Below are positions 46,852 through 55,056 of a stretch of 55,784 bases of DNA, piece after piece. The stretch comes from a virus (lineage: Duplodnaviria; Caudoviricetes): positions 1 through 55,784 of the IMG/VR virus record IMGVR_UViG_3300049982_000336. One strand, given 5' to 3'. The stretch's first letter is position 1; every line of letters begins with the position of its first letter. The notes under the pieces are model-generated. The model searched no databases. It worked only from the letters and a program-made list of their open reading frames with translations, and was not told where the DNA came from. Made by a program: the position numbers and the translations under genes.

Positions 46852-47205
46852 GTGGACCTGAGTACGATCCCGTGGCTTCCAGGCGCCGGCGTCGGAACGA
46901 TCCTGGGTCTCGCGGTCTTACTCGTCTTCAGGGGCGTCTGGGTGCCGAGGCCGACGGTCAACCAGTGGCTGTCGGTGCTGCGTGAGCGGCTGAATGACAA
47001 AGACGAGCGCATCGCTGACAAGGTCGCCCAGGTCGAGGAATACAAAGCCGCCTGGCAGGCCGAAATGGCCGCCCGCCGCCAGCAAGATCAGCAGTTACTC
47101 GAGCTCATGGAGTACGCGCGCACCACCGACCAGGCGATCCGGGCTATGCGCCAAGCGGGGACCGGGGAGCGGGAGGAGGGGTCGCGTGATCCGGTGGCGC
47201 CCTAG
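46852..47205 (+). CDS. Lysis-cassette membrane protein (1 TM plus coiled coil)
   Basis: AAGGAGG RBS; LLVFRGVWVPR...W pattern; two TTA codons. Confidence 0.75.
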   Translation: MDLSTIPWLPGAGVGTILGLAVLLVFRGVWVPRPTVNQWLSVLRERLNDKDERIADKVAQVEEYKAAWQAEMAARRQQDQQLLELMEYARTTDQAIRAMRQAGTGEREEGSRDPVAP

Positions 47206-47434
47206 ACGAGCCTTCACCCCGCCTCCTCCCGAACCGCAGGACGCACCCGAGGATCTCGCCGAGGCCCGCAAGGCACGCGAAACCAGCGAGCAAGGGCTTG
47301 CCGAGGTGTGCGGACGCTGGCCGGAGATCAACCGCCTGGGCGAGACCCACAGGCGGCACCGCGCCGACAACCACTTCCTGGAGATGTTCGAACAGGCCGT
47401 GAAGGGAGGCGGTGGTGATCCAACTCGCCGGTAG
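47186..47434 (+). CDS. Lysis-cassette hypothetical protein
   Basis: GGAGGAGG RBS; RWPEI...NHFLEM. Confidence 0.65.
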   Translation: MIRWRPRRAFTPPPPEPQDAPEDLAEARKARETSEQGLAEVCGRWPEINRLGETHRRHRADNHFLEMFEQAVKGGGGDPTRR

Positions 47435-47729
47435 CGTCCTCATCGTCATCACTGCGATCCTGGCCACTGCCTGCCCCGTCGTCTACGGCGTCTTCCACCG
47501 CTGGTGGCGGTCGGCGACCGGCCGGCACATCTTCTCCTTCATGGCTGCCCTCGCCGTCCCGCTCGACCTGGCTGTGATCCGGCTTGTCCTGGGTGATTCC
47601 GTCGTCTTCCAGCTGATCCGCCTGGCCGCGTTCACGCTGCTGCCATGGGTCCTGGCCTGGCGACTCCTCATTCTCGTCAAAGCCGTCATCGCCGAACGAA
47701 AGCAAGGAAAGGAAGGCGACAGCCGATGA
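47415..47729 (+). CDS. Putative holin (3 TM)
   Basis: Three hydrophobic helices, WWRSATGRH, basic tail, upstream of the endolysin. Confidence 0.7.
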   Translation: MIQLAGSVLIVITAILATACPVVYGVFHRWWRSATGRHIFSFMAALAVPLDLAVIRLVLGDSVVFQLIRLAAFTLLPWVLAWRLLILVKAVIAERKQGKEGDSR

Positions 47730-47890
47730 CCGACCCTGCATCTCCTGAAGAGTCGGAGGCCGAGCTCGTCGCTCGCGGCGTCGACCGACGCGACTGGGAG
47801 GCCACCGAGGACGACGAAGAGGACGTCCTGCGCGAGCTGTACGGCCCGCCAGACGACGATGGCATCTACAGAGGTGTGAGGTCGCAGTGA
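47726..47890 (+). CDS. Small acidic protein
   Basis: Coupled on both sides; DEEDVLRELYGPPDDDGIYRG. Confidence 0.65.
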   Translation: MTDPASPEESEAELVARGVDRRDWEATEDDEEDVLRELYGPPDDDGIYRGVRSQ

Positions 47891-48708
47891 GCGCGCCCGA
47901 GATGCTGGCCGTGGCGCGCAAGTCCCTCGGATTGACGGGCCGGCCGAACTACATCACCCGCGAGTACGCCAAGAGACACGGCAACGAGTTCCTGGACGCT
48001 GCGTGGTGCGACATGTCGGTGACGTACTGGGCCCGGCATAGCGGCAACGAGGCCGCGGTGCTGCCCTTCGGGGACCGGGCCTACACCGTGGCGCACGCCG
48101 AGGACGGGCACCGCCTCGGCCGGTGGCATGCCGGCACAGTGGCCAACATCAAGAAGTACGCCTGCCCGGCCGGGCTGATCCTCTTCGACTGGGACGGCAC
48201 CGACAACAGGGCCGCGATCGACCACATTGGGATCATCGAGCACGTCCTGAGCGACGGCCGGGTGCAGACCATCGAGGCCAACACCGGCAACGCCTGCAAG
48301 CGCCGTGTGCGCTCGGCGGACGTCATCGCCGGATTTTGGAACCCCGACTACGAGGAGGAGGACGACATGCCCAGTGCGAAGGAAGTGGCGGACGCCGTCT
48401 ACGAGCGGCTGACCGGCACCGTCACCAAGGACGTGTGGGCTGCCCGCGAGGGCCTCCTGGACGTCGGCACCAAGCTGGACCCGAAGACCGCGCTCAGGCA
48501 GATCTGGGCGTACGGCAAGGACGGATACGCCCGCGACCGGGAGATCCTCGCCCGGCTCGACGCCCAGAACGCCACGATCAACACCCTGGTAGACGCGCTC
48601 GCCGCCCGGGATACCACGATCGACGCTGACGCCCTGGTGGCCAGGATCCGCGAGGAGATCGCGGGTATCACCGTCCACCTGGACGCCGGCGGCGCCCCCA
48701 CCGAGTAG
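47887..48708 (+). CDS. Endolysin, CHAP domain
   Basis: AWCDM (Cys), DHIGII (His), TIEANT. Confidence 0.88.
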   Translation: MSAPEMLAVARKSLGLTGRPNYITREYAKRHGNEFLDAAWCDMSVTYWARHSGNEAAVLPFGDRAYTVAHAEDGHRLGRWHAGTVANIKKYACPAGLILFDWDGTDNRAAIDHIGIIEHVLSDGRVQTIEANTGNACKRRVRSADVIAGFWNPDYEEEDDMPSAKEVADAVYERLTGTVTKDVWAAREGLLDVGTKLDPKTALRQIWAYGKDGYARDREILARLDAQNATINTLVDALAARDTTIDADALVARIREEIAGITVHLDAGGAPTE

Positions 48709-48723
48709 CCGTCCGAGAACCCG

Positions 48724-48958
48724 GTGACACATCTGTCATCGGGCCCGCAGTGGGGTTGACCTGCGGAAATCACCTTCACCACCCCCTGATCTGTGACGGA
48801 TGACAGTTTCATGCCTGTTATCAGCCCCGCGTACGCGCGCACACGTACGTGAGAGGGAACGCGGGAAAACCTGTCATCCGTCACGGCCGCAGCGCCTGAA
48901 CCGCTGTTTCCCCAGTTCAGACCGGCAGTCCTACCTGTGACACATCTGTCATCCCCTG
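48724..48958. repeat. Second, inverted ori-like iteron element
   Basis: 48855-48884 is the reverse complement of 20399-20428 at 29/30. Bounded by 17-bp direct repeats GTGACACATCTGTCATC (48724-48740, 48937-48953). Confidence 0.9.
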
Positions 48959-48970
48959 AAGGAGTCCCCT

Positions 48971-49240
48971 ATGTACGCGTCCGTCATCCGCACCGTCGTG
49001 CCGCTCATCGTCGGCATCCTGGTCACCAACGCCCTCAAGCTCGGCGTCCAGCTCCCCGAGGGCAGCGTCACCGAGATCGTCACCGTGCTCGTGTCGGGCG
49101 CGTACTACTGGGTGTTCCGCTACGCCGAGCAGTTCAAGCCGCTGCTCGGCCGTATCTTCCTGGCCCTCGGCGCGACGGCCAAGCAGCCCGTCTACGTCCA
49201 GCCGGGCAGCGTCCAGCCGATCGGCGAGCGTCGCCTGTAA
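48971..49240 (+). CDS. Holin-like two-TM protein
   Basis: SVIRTVVPLIVG...AYYWVFRYAEQ...QPVY; AAGGAG RBS. Confidence 0.75.
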   Translation: MYASVIRTVVPLIVGILVTNALKLGVQLPEGSVTEIVTVLVSGAYYWVFRYAEQFKPLLGRIFLALGATAKQPVYVQPGSVQPIGERRL

Positions 49241-49273
49241 CCCGAAGGCGGTCGCACCCAGCGCACGACATCG

Positions 49274-49320
49274 AGACGCCCCCGTCTCCTCCTTCACCGG
49301 AGGGGACAGGGGCGTCTTTT
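49274..49320. terminator. Terminator ending the late operon
   Basis: AGACGCCCC...GGGGCGTCT stem plus TTT, between convergent genes. Confidence 0.75.
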
Positions 49321-49327
49321 CGCGTTC

Positions 49328-49870
49328 TCAAATCCGGCCGAGCAGCTCGCCCTTCTTGGCGTCGAACTCCTGCGGTGTGAGGATCCCGGCGTCCCGGAGC
49401 TCACCGAGCTTCGCCAGCTGCGCATAGACGTCGCCGCCGCCGGCCGGAGCAGGTTCCGGTGCCGCGGCGGGTTGGGCAGGGGCATGTCCGGGTGAGATCC
49501 GATCCCGCAGCGCGTCGGCCAGCTGCTTGCCGTCCTTCTTGTCCATGCTCTTGATCTCGGCCTTGTTGCCGGACGCGAACACGATCATCGTTCCGAGCAG
49601 CATGCCGGAGGACCACTGCACGGACGAGATCTTCTCCAGCGGGAAATCCTCGGTGCTCTTCGACATCACGCCGTCCTTGACGAACAGCATCCGCCGGTCG
49701 GTCAGCGCCACCAGGCCGGTGCCCGGACCGTACTGCCCGGAAGCCAGGAAATCGACGCGCTCGCTCTCCCACAGGTACTCGATCAGCCGGCGGATCTCCC
49801 GCTTGGCCCCGAGCTTGGTCTGCATACGGGCCATGGCCGCCGCGATGTCGGGGCGGAGCTCATCGCTCAC
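49328..49870 (-). CDS. Moron: bacterial PH domain plus SHOCT domain
   Basis: GLVALTDRRMLFV...FPLEKISSV; QLAKLGELRDAGILTPQEFDAKKGELL. Confidence 0.88.
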   Translation of the reverse strand: MSDELRPDIAAAMARMQTKLGAKREIRRLIEYLWESERVDFLASGQYGPGTGLVALTDRRMLFVKDGVMSKSTEDFPLEKISSVQWSSGMLLGTMIVFASGNKAEIKSMDKKDGKQLADALRDRISPGHAPAQPAAAPEPAPAGGGDVYAQLAKLGELRDAGILTPQEFDAKKGELLGRI

Positions 49871-49941
49871 GTGAATTCCTCCTGGGGTCCCGGGGGTGCG
49901 ATAGGTAGACGCGCGACTGCCGCAAATCGTTGACCGCGTGT

Positions 49942-50376
49942 TCAGCCTGCGCCGATGGCCCCGCCGATGGCTGCGCTGATGACGCCCGTGACGACGTCCC
50001 GGCCGCCTTCGGCCAGCCAGGCGCCGAGGGCCTTCAGCTTGGTTCGCTTCTCCGGGTCGGACTCCTGCTCGGCCGCCTGGAGGATGGCGTCGCGGACGGT
50101 GGTTGTGAAGCTGTCGGGGGTCGGCCAGAACTCGGCCGCCCGCTTCCCGTTGCCGTTGGCCCGCTTGATGTACTCGTGGAAGTCGGCCAGGGAGCCATCC
50201 GTTTCGATGTAGGGCTCATCCGCCAGGGAGTGGACGGCACGGCGGACGGTGTCGGCGTCGAAACCGGTGGCGCCCTCGACCTGCTTACGGGGGATGGGCT
50301 GGCCGGGGTTCTCGTCCTTCAGCTGCACGATGGCCTGAAGGACCGGTAAGTCTCGCTGGTACCACATGTCGGTCAT
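49942..50376 (-). CDS. Moron: hypothetical wHTH-like protein
   Basis: WYQRDLPVLQAI...WPTPD...DPEKRTKLK. Confidence 0.7.
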   Translation of the reverse strand: MTDMWYQRDLPVLQAIVQLKDENPGQPIPRKQVEGATGFDADTVRRAVHSLADEPYIETDGSLADFHEYIKRANGNGKRAAEFWPTPDSFTTTVRDAILQAAEQESDPEKRTKLKALGAWLAEGGRDVVTGVISAAIGGAIGAG

Positions 50377-50430
50377 AAGCGGAAAGTGTCGCATTGGGCA
50401 CTGATCGTTATCCGCGGATTGGGTTATCTG

Positions 50431-50721
50431 TCAGCCGGCGGGAGGTGGCTCCTCGGTTGGCCGGGCCTGGGTTGCTTCCTTGCCGACGGTGGGTTCCCGG
50501 AGTCGCTCGACTCCCTCGGCGCGCGCGATGCGGCGGAACACTTCGTCGGTCATTCCCGTCAGCTTGGCCAGCTGGCCCACGGTCGCCCGGCCGGCCTTGA
50601 GCTCGCGGGCCGCCATCTCCTTCACCGGCTCTCTGAGGGCGCGCTCGCCGTCGAGGTAGCGCTTGTAGCGGGCGAAGAGCGCGGCTGCGTCGTCGGGAGG
50701 CGTGTAGTCACTGCGGGCCAT
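50431..50721 (-). CDS. Small HTH regulator divergent from the transfer operon
   Basis: ATVGQLAKLTGMTDEVFRRIAR. Confidence 0.75.
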   Translation of the reverse strand: MARSDYTPPDDAAALFARYKRYLDGERALREPVKEMAARELKAGRATVGQLAKLTGMTDEVFRRIARAEGVERLREPTVGKEATQARPTEEPPPAG

Positions 50722-50743
50722 GGGCTCATGTTGACACAGGTTG

Positions 50744-50825
50744 CAGGCCTATGGGTAGGCCGAACAGACAATTTTCAGAACTACCTGTTGGCCTATTGAC
50801 AGGCCAACTCGTTGGCCTACATACT
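50744..50825. promoter_or_regulatory. Divergent promoter with a palindromic operator
   Basis: TTGACA(50796-50801)-N18-CATACT(50820-50825) containing AGGCCAAC-TC-GTTGGCCT, with further AGGCC/GGCCT half-sites nearby. Confidence 0.8.
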
Positions 50826-50866
50826 TGAGTCATCGCCAAGGGGAACCGACACAGGGAGCAGCCAAG

Positions 50867-51157
50867 ATGAACGCCACCGCCACCACCGCCCGGATGACCG
50901 ACACCGAGCTCACCATCCTGGGTGTCACGGTCGTCCGCGACGAGGACGGCGCCGAGTACACCTTCCAGGGTGTGACGGTCGGCGAGCGGGACCACGGCGG
51001 CTACCTGGTCACCTACGCCGACCTGGCGCTCGCCGCCACCGACAGCCGGTGGATCGACGCCACCCCCGAGCGGGTGCTCGCGTACGAGCTGCCCGGCGAC
51101 GAGATCACCTGGGCCGACCGGGACGCCGCGATCCTCACCGCCCTCGCCACCCTCTGA
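50867..51157 (+). CDS. Hypothetical protein
   Basis: GGGAG RBS, first gene after the promoter. Confidence 0.7.
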   Translation: MNATATTARMTDTELTILGVTVVRDEDGAEYTFQGVTVGERDHGGYLVTYADLALAATDSRWIDATPERVLAYELPGDEITWADRDAAILTALATL

Positions 51158-51220
51158 CCTGCCCGGCGCGTCCCTCCCGGAGGGGCGCGCCCCCACCCCG
51201 CTGATCTACAAGGAGAGTCG

Positions 51221-51493
51221 ATGACCGAGAACACGCGATGCACCTTCACGTGGTGCACCACCAAGCACGACGCGATCGACGTCGACCACCAGGGCGACCC
51301 TCACACGATGCATTTGGCCGCGGGCGGCGAGCTGTGGCCCGAGTTGTTCCAGCACCCGGGCAGCCCCGTGGTCGTCTCGCTCAGCTCCCGCAGCAGCCAG
51401 AACGAGGCGGGTGAGGTCGACATGACCCTCGACGAGACGGAGGTGTTTGCCAACCACCTGCTCGAGCTCGTCCGTAAGGGACGCACCCCCTAA
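51221..51493 (+). CDS. CxxxWC..H protein (DUF6907-like, AICE-type)
   Basis: CTFTWCTTKH...H; AAGGAG RBS. Confidence 0.65.
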   Translation: MTENTRCTFTWCTTKHDAIDVDHQGDPHTMHLAAGGELWPELFQHPGSPVVVSLSSRSSQNEAGEVDMTLDETEVFANHLLELVRKGRTP

Positions 51494-51575
51494 CACGCGA
51501 CGGCCCCGGGCCGGCGACCCTACCGCCGCCCCGGGGCCTGGACCCCATCCCCTGACTTCACCAGGAGAGAGACCC

Positions 51576-51899
51576 ATGCCGACCGTACCCTTTGCCCCCT
51601 GCGCCGTCCCCTGGTGCCAGGGCAACCACCCGGGCAGCCCCGGCACCCACACCGGGAGCCTGGACTCCTTCCAGGTCGCCGACGCCACCGTCACCGCCGC
51701 CCTGCGCCAGGAGGCCGACGCCCCCGCGGTCGTCCGCGTGCTCGTCGAGGTCCCGGGCCGGGCCCGGCACCTGGATGTGGCCGTTGAGACGGCGGCCGCG
51801 CTCGGCCACATCATCACCGCGCTGGGCACGCCGACCGTGTTCGACTTCGCCGCGGCGCTCACCCGGGCCGCCACCCTGCGCGCCCAGGGGCACGCGTGA
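51576..51899 (+). CDS. CxxPWC..H protein (paralog-like)
   Basis: CAVPWCQGNH...H; AGGAG RBS. Confidence 0.65.
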   Translation: MPTVPFAPCAVPWCQGNHPGSPGTHTGSLDSFQVADATVTAALRQEADAPAVVRVLVEVPGRARHLDVAVETAAALGHIITALGTPTVFDFAAALTRAATLRAQGHA

Positions 51900-52738
51900 A
51901 CACCGCGGCCGGGCGGCCGGCCCGCCGGTGGCCCCTGCTGCTGCTCGCCCTCCCGGCCGGCGTCGCCACCTGGTCCGGCTGGGTCGGCCTCGGCGAGCTC
52001 ACCGGCTTCGGCCCCGTCAAGCCGCTCCCCGGCATCAGCGACTTCACGATCAACACGGCGATCACGCTGCCGATCGGCGTGGAGACCTACGCGGCGTACG
52101 CGCTCGGGGCGTGGCTGTCGCACAGCTCGCGGATCAGCGACGGCACCCGCGGGTTCGCGAAATGGTCCGCCTTCGGCGCGCTGCTGCTCGGTATGCTCGG
52201 CCAGGTCGCCTACCACCTCCTGGTCACCTTCGACTTGAAGGTGACGCCGTGGGAGATTGTCACGGCTGTGTCGTGTCTGCCGGTGCTCGTGCTGGGCATG
52301 GGGGCCGGGCTCGGGCATCTGCTCGCCCGCGACTCCCATGCGGTCACCGTCGAGCCGGCGGCAGCAGTCGAGGTGTTGTCCGGGTACGTACCTGAGCCGC
52401 CCGCGGCGCCCCGGGTGCCGGTTAGCCAAGAGGTGTACGACTGGGCTGCCGAGCGCGACGCGTTCCCCCCTGACGCCGCCCCCACGCCCCCCGTGGTCGT
52501 CGACATCCCGGCCGTCGTACCCGTCGCGGCGCCGGAGCTGGAGGCCGAGCCGGAGACCGTCGAGTACGTACCCGGCGAGACGTCCAGCGCTCTGCTCCAC
52601 CAGGCGGCGAATCGGTTCTTCTACGAGATCGCGGGCGGCAAGGTGCCCGGGGTCCGCCAGCTCAAGGCGGAGCTCGCCATCGGCCAGGACAAAGCCCAGC
52701 AGGTCAGGGCGTACCTGTCCCGGCTCGCCACCCAGTAA
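51896..52738 (+). CDS. Spd-like (spread) membrane protein: 4 TM plus C-terminal HTH
   Basis: Four TM helices, Pro/Val linker, KVPGVRQLKAELAIGQDKAQQVR; directly upstream of the TraB-like gene. Confidence 0.7.
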   Translation: MNTAAGRPARRWPLLLLALPAGVATWSGWVGLGELTGFGPVKPLPGISDFTINTAITLPIGVETYAAYALGAWLSHSSRISDGTRGFAKWSAFGALLLGMLGQVAYHLLVTFDLKVTPWEIVTAVSCLPVLVLGMGAGLGHLLARDSHAVTVEPAAAVEVLSGYVPEPPAAPRVPVSQEVYDWAAERDAFPPDAAPTPPVVVDIPAVVPVAAPELEAEPETVEYVPGETSSALLHQAANRFFYEIAGGKVPGVRQLKAELAIGQDKAQQVRAYLSRLATQ

Positions 52739-53146
52739 CCCCTGTACCCCGCCCCCGGGTCATTGCCTGCAAGCCGTACCCGGGGGCGGACCTCCCGAAC
52801 CAACAGGAGATCACCAATCATGACTCAAGCCCTCCAAGAGCACGACACCACCGAGATGTTTCCCCGGCGCCAGACCCCACCGGAGTTCTGGCGGCGACCC
52901 AAGCGGGTACGCGTACCCGTCCGTCGGATCGTCCACCGGGTACGGCAGGGCAAGTACCTGCGCCGCGGCGGACGGTTCGCCTACCGCACCGTCACCGCTC
53001 CGCTGTCCGGGGTCGCGCTGCTGGCCCGCCTGTTCTGGCGGTGGGTACGCGCCGACGACTACGCGGGCACCGAGGACCACATCTTCCGCGAGGCGGTACG
53101 GACGCGCCGGCGCCGTACCGCGTGGTGGGCGTTCGCCGGGTACCTG
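52381..53146. repeat. GTAC-cored repeat cluster (GTACC[C/T]G / CGGGTAC)
   Basis: 17 GTAC counted by eye in about 760 bp across the spd 3' half, the intergenic region and the traB 5' end. Confidence 0.7.
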
Positions 53147-54634
53147 ACGGCCACGGCATCCTCGACGATGTGGTCGACCTCGGCTCCCGTGCTGTCGCTC
53201 GGCGTCGTGGTGTCGCTCGGCACCACCGTTGAAGTCCGCCGGCGGATCGTCGAACGCCCAACGCCGCTGAAGCTTCCGGGGTTCGGCAAGACGCCCGCGG
53301 AGAACACCGTCACCCGAGCGGCCATCGCCGCCAAGCTCGGTGGCGCCGAGGGGATGCGGCTTGCCGCGCCGATCGTCACCGAGCCGGGCGGCTGGGCGAC
53401 GGTTTTGCAGCTGCCCGGCGGGCAGCGCGCGCGGAAGGCTCTCGGCAAGGAACCCGACTTCGCTTCGGCGCTCGGCGTCGGCGAGACACAGGTGGTCTTC
53501 GAGCTGATCCCCGCGCACGCGGGGCGCCTGGAGGTGTTCGTCGCCAAGTCCGACCCCTTCCTGAAGGTGTACCCCTCGCCCCTGCTCGGCCGCACCGAAC
53601 CGCTCGACTTCTGGGCTGGTGTCCCCGCCGGGGTCAACGGCCGCGGCCGGCCGGAAACGCTGCGCCTGGTCGACGCGTCCCTCCTGGTGGCAGGGGAGCC
53701 GCGCGCGGGCAAGTCGGCTGCGGTGAACGGCATCATCGGGGCGGCTGCGCTAGCGGTCACCCCGAAGATCCACCTGTGGGACGGCAAGGGCGCCGGGGAT
53801 CACCGGCCGTGGCGGAAGATCGCCCACACGGCCGAGAAGCGCAACGCCGCCGGGCTGCTCGCGCACCTCCAGAAGATGCAGGCGCAGATGGAACGCGTCT
53901 TCGACCTGCTCGACCAGGCGGGCGGATCCACCAAGCTCACACCAGAGCTGTGCCGCCGCTTCGGCGTCGATGTGGAGCTGACCGTGGTGGATGAGACCCG
54001 GTATTACGTCACGTCGCCGTGGGGGGAGGAGATCGTCGAAGCCGCGGTGGACATCGCGAGCCGCGGCCCGGCCGCCGGGATTCTGCTCGTGTTGGCCTCG
54101 CAGCGGATGACCACCGACGCGATCCCCGGTCCGCTCAAGGGTGTGTGCTCGCTGCGCTGGGCGATGCGCTGCCCCGACACCACCGCCTCCAACGCTGTGC
54201 TAGGCCAGGGCGCGGCCGGCGCCGGGTACAACGCCTCGGAGATCCCGCGCTCCCACCGCGGCGTCGGCATCCTCGACGCCGACGGCTCCGACCCGGTCAA
54301 GGTCCGGTCGTACTTCCTTGACGACCAGGGCCCCGACCTGATGGCCGTCGCCGATGCGGCTTATGCGCTTCGGCTCGCGGCCGGCACGCTGCCCAACCGG
54401 GTGCAGGACAAGCCGGTCGAAGACCCGGTGATGAAAATCCTCGCCGCGTTCGGAGAAGACGAGCGGCTCCACACCGCCGAGCTGGCCGAGCGGCTGGGCG
54501 ACGGATGGAACCCCTCCCGGATCGCTGAGGCGCTGCGGCCGTACGGCATCGCCCCGGGCGACGTGAAGATCAGCGGCATTAACCGGAACGGCTACCGCCG
54601 GCAGGACCTCGAATCGGTCCTTGACAGCGTCTGA
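52820..54634 (+). CDS. traB: TraB-like FtsK/SpoIIIE DNA translocase
   Basis: N-terminal TMs, AGEPRAGKS, DGKG, VVDE, GPAAGI.L.LASQR, C-terminal wHTH. Confidence 0.85.
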   Translation: MTQALQEHDTTEMFPRRQTPPEFWRRPKRVRVPVRRIVHRVRQGKYLRRGGRFAYRTVTAPLSGVALLARLFWRWVRADDYAGTEDHIFREAVRTRRRRTAWWAFAGYLTATASSTMWSTSAPVLSLGVVVSLGTTVEVRRRIVERPTPLKLPGFGKTPAENTVTRAAIAAKLGGAEGMRLAAPIVTEPGGWATVLQLPGGQRARKALGKEPDFASALGVGETQVVFELIPAHAGRLEVFVAKSDPFLKVYPSPLLGRTEPLDFWAGVPAGVNGRGRPETLRLVDASLLVAGEPRAGKSAAVNGIIGAAALAVTPKIHLWDGKGAGDHRPWRKIAHTAEKRNAAGLLAHLQKMQAQMERVFDLLDQAGGSTKLTPELCRRFGVDVELTVVDETRYYVTSPWGEEIVEAAVDIASRGPAAGILLVLASQRMTTDAIPGPLKGVCSLRWAMRCPDTTASNAVLGQGAAGAGYNASEIPRSHRGVGILDADGSDPVKVRSYFLDDQGPDLMAVADAAYALRLAAGTLPNRVQDKPVEDPVMKILAAFGEDERLHTAELAERLGDGWNPSRIAEALRPYGIAPGDVKISGINRNGYRRQDLESVLDSV

Positions 54635-54641
54635 CCCCACC

Positions 54642-54717
54642 TCTACCTCGCCTCTACCGCCGTAACAGGGTCTACCCGCCATCTACCGTCTCCCACCTGG
54701 GCGGTAGGGCCGGTAGA
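54642..54717. repeat. TCTACC repeat cluster after traB (clt-like)
   Basis: TCTACC at 54642, 54653, 54671 and 54682; inverted GGTAG[G/A] at 54703 and 54712. Confidence 0.7.
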
Positions 54718-54779
54718 CCCGTTGGCGTGTTCCCTGCTCAACCTATCCAGGGAGCCCGAGAGGCTCCGAAAGGAACACT

Positions 54780-54962
54780 GTGGAACTGTTCGCCGTCCTG
54801 GCCATACTGCTCGTCGCATATCTGATGTGGGACCGGCGCCGGCACCCGATGAAACGCTGCCCAGCATGCCGTCGCTCACCCGGCCGGAAGCTCAGCGGGT
54901 GGAACTCGCAGGCGTACGGGGCGTGCCGGCGCTGCGGCGGCAAGGGGGAGGTGCGCAGGTAG
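54780..54962 (+). CDS. Small TM plus Zn-finger protein
   Basis: TM segment then CPAC...CRRCGGKG; AAAGGA RBS. Confidence 0.7.
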   Translation: MELFAVLAILLVAYLMWDRRRHPMKRCPACRRSPGRKLSGWNSQAYGACRRCGGKGEVRR

Positions 54963-55056
54963 CGCTCAGCCAGGCGACACCCGCCGGTCCTTGACGGATG
55001 GCCTGCCCACGCTGACCATGACGAGAAGTCCGGAGAATATTCACAGGAGGCCGAGC

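Larger units (their letters stand above)
1..54962. mobile_element. Temperate siphovirus-like prophage with an AICE-like transfer arm (boundaries not resolved)
   Basis: Ordered integrase, repressor, replication, packaging, head, tail and lysis modules with no obvious frameshifts other than the tail chaperone site. att sites were not seen, and attL probably lies upstream of base 1. Confidence 0.93.

Noticed and set aside
48399-48884. ORFs 48399-48884(-) and 19988-20536(+) sharing TDDRFSRVP
   Set aside because: This is a translation of the duplicated iteron DNA. Both ORFs overlap real genes and lack coding bias.
20200-48958. Inverted ori copies as ends of an invertible segment, or as a DGR template/variable pair
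   Set aside because: No invertase or reverse transcriptase in the window, both copies are essentially non-coding, and the differences are not adenine-specific.
51896-52738. ABC transporter permease
   Set aside because: No ABC ATPase or binding-protein gene nearby. The TM+HTH layout next to traB fits an Spd-like protein better.
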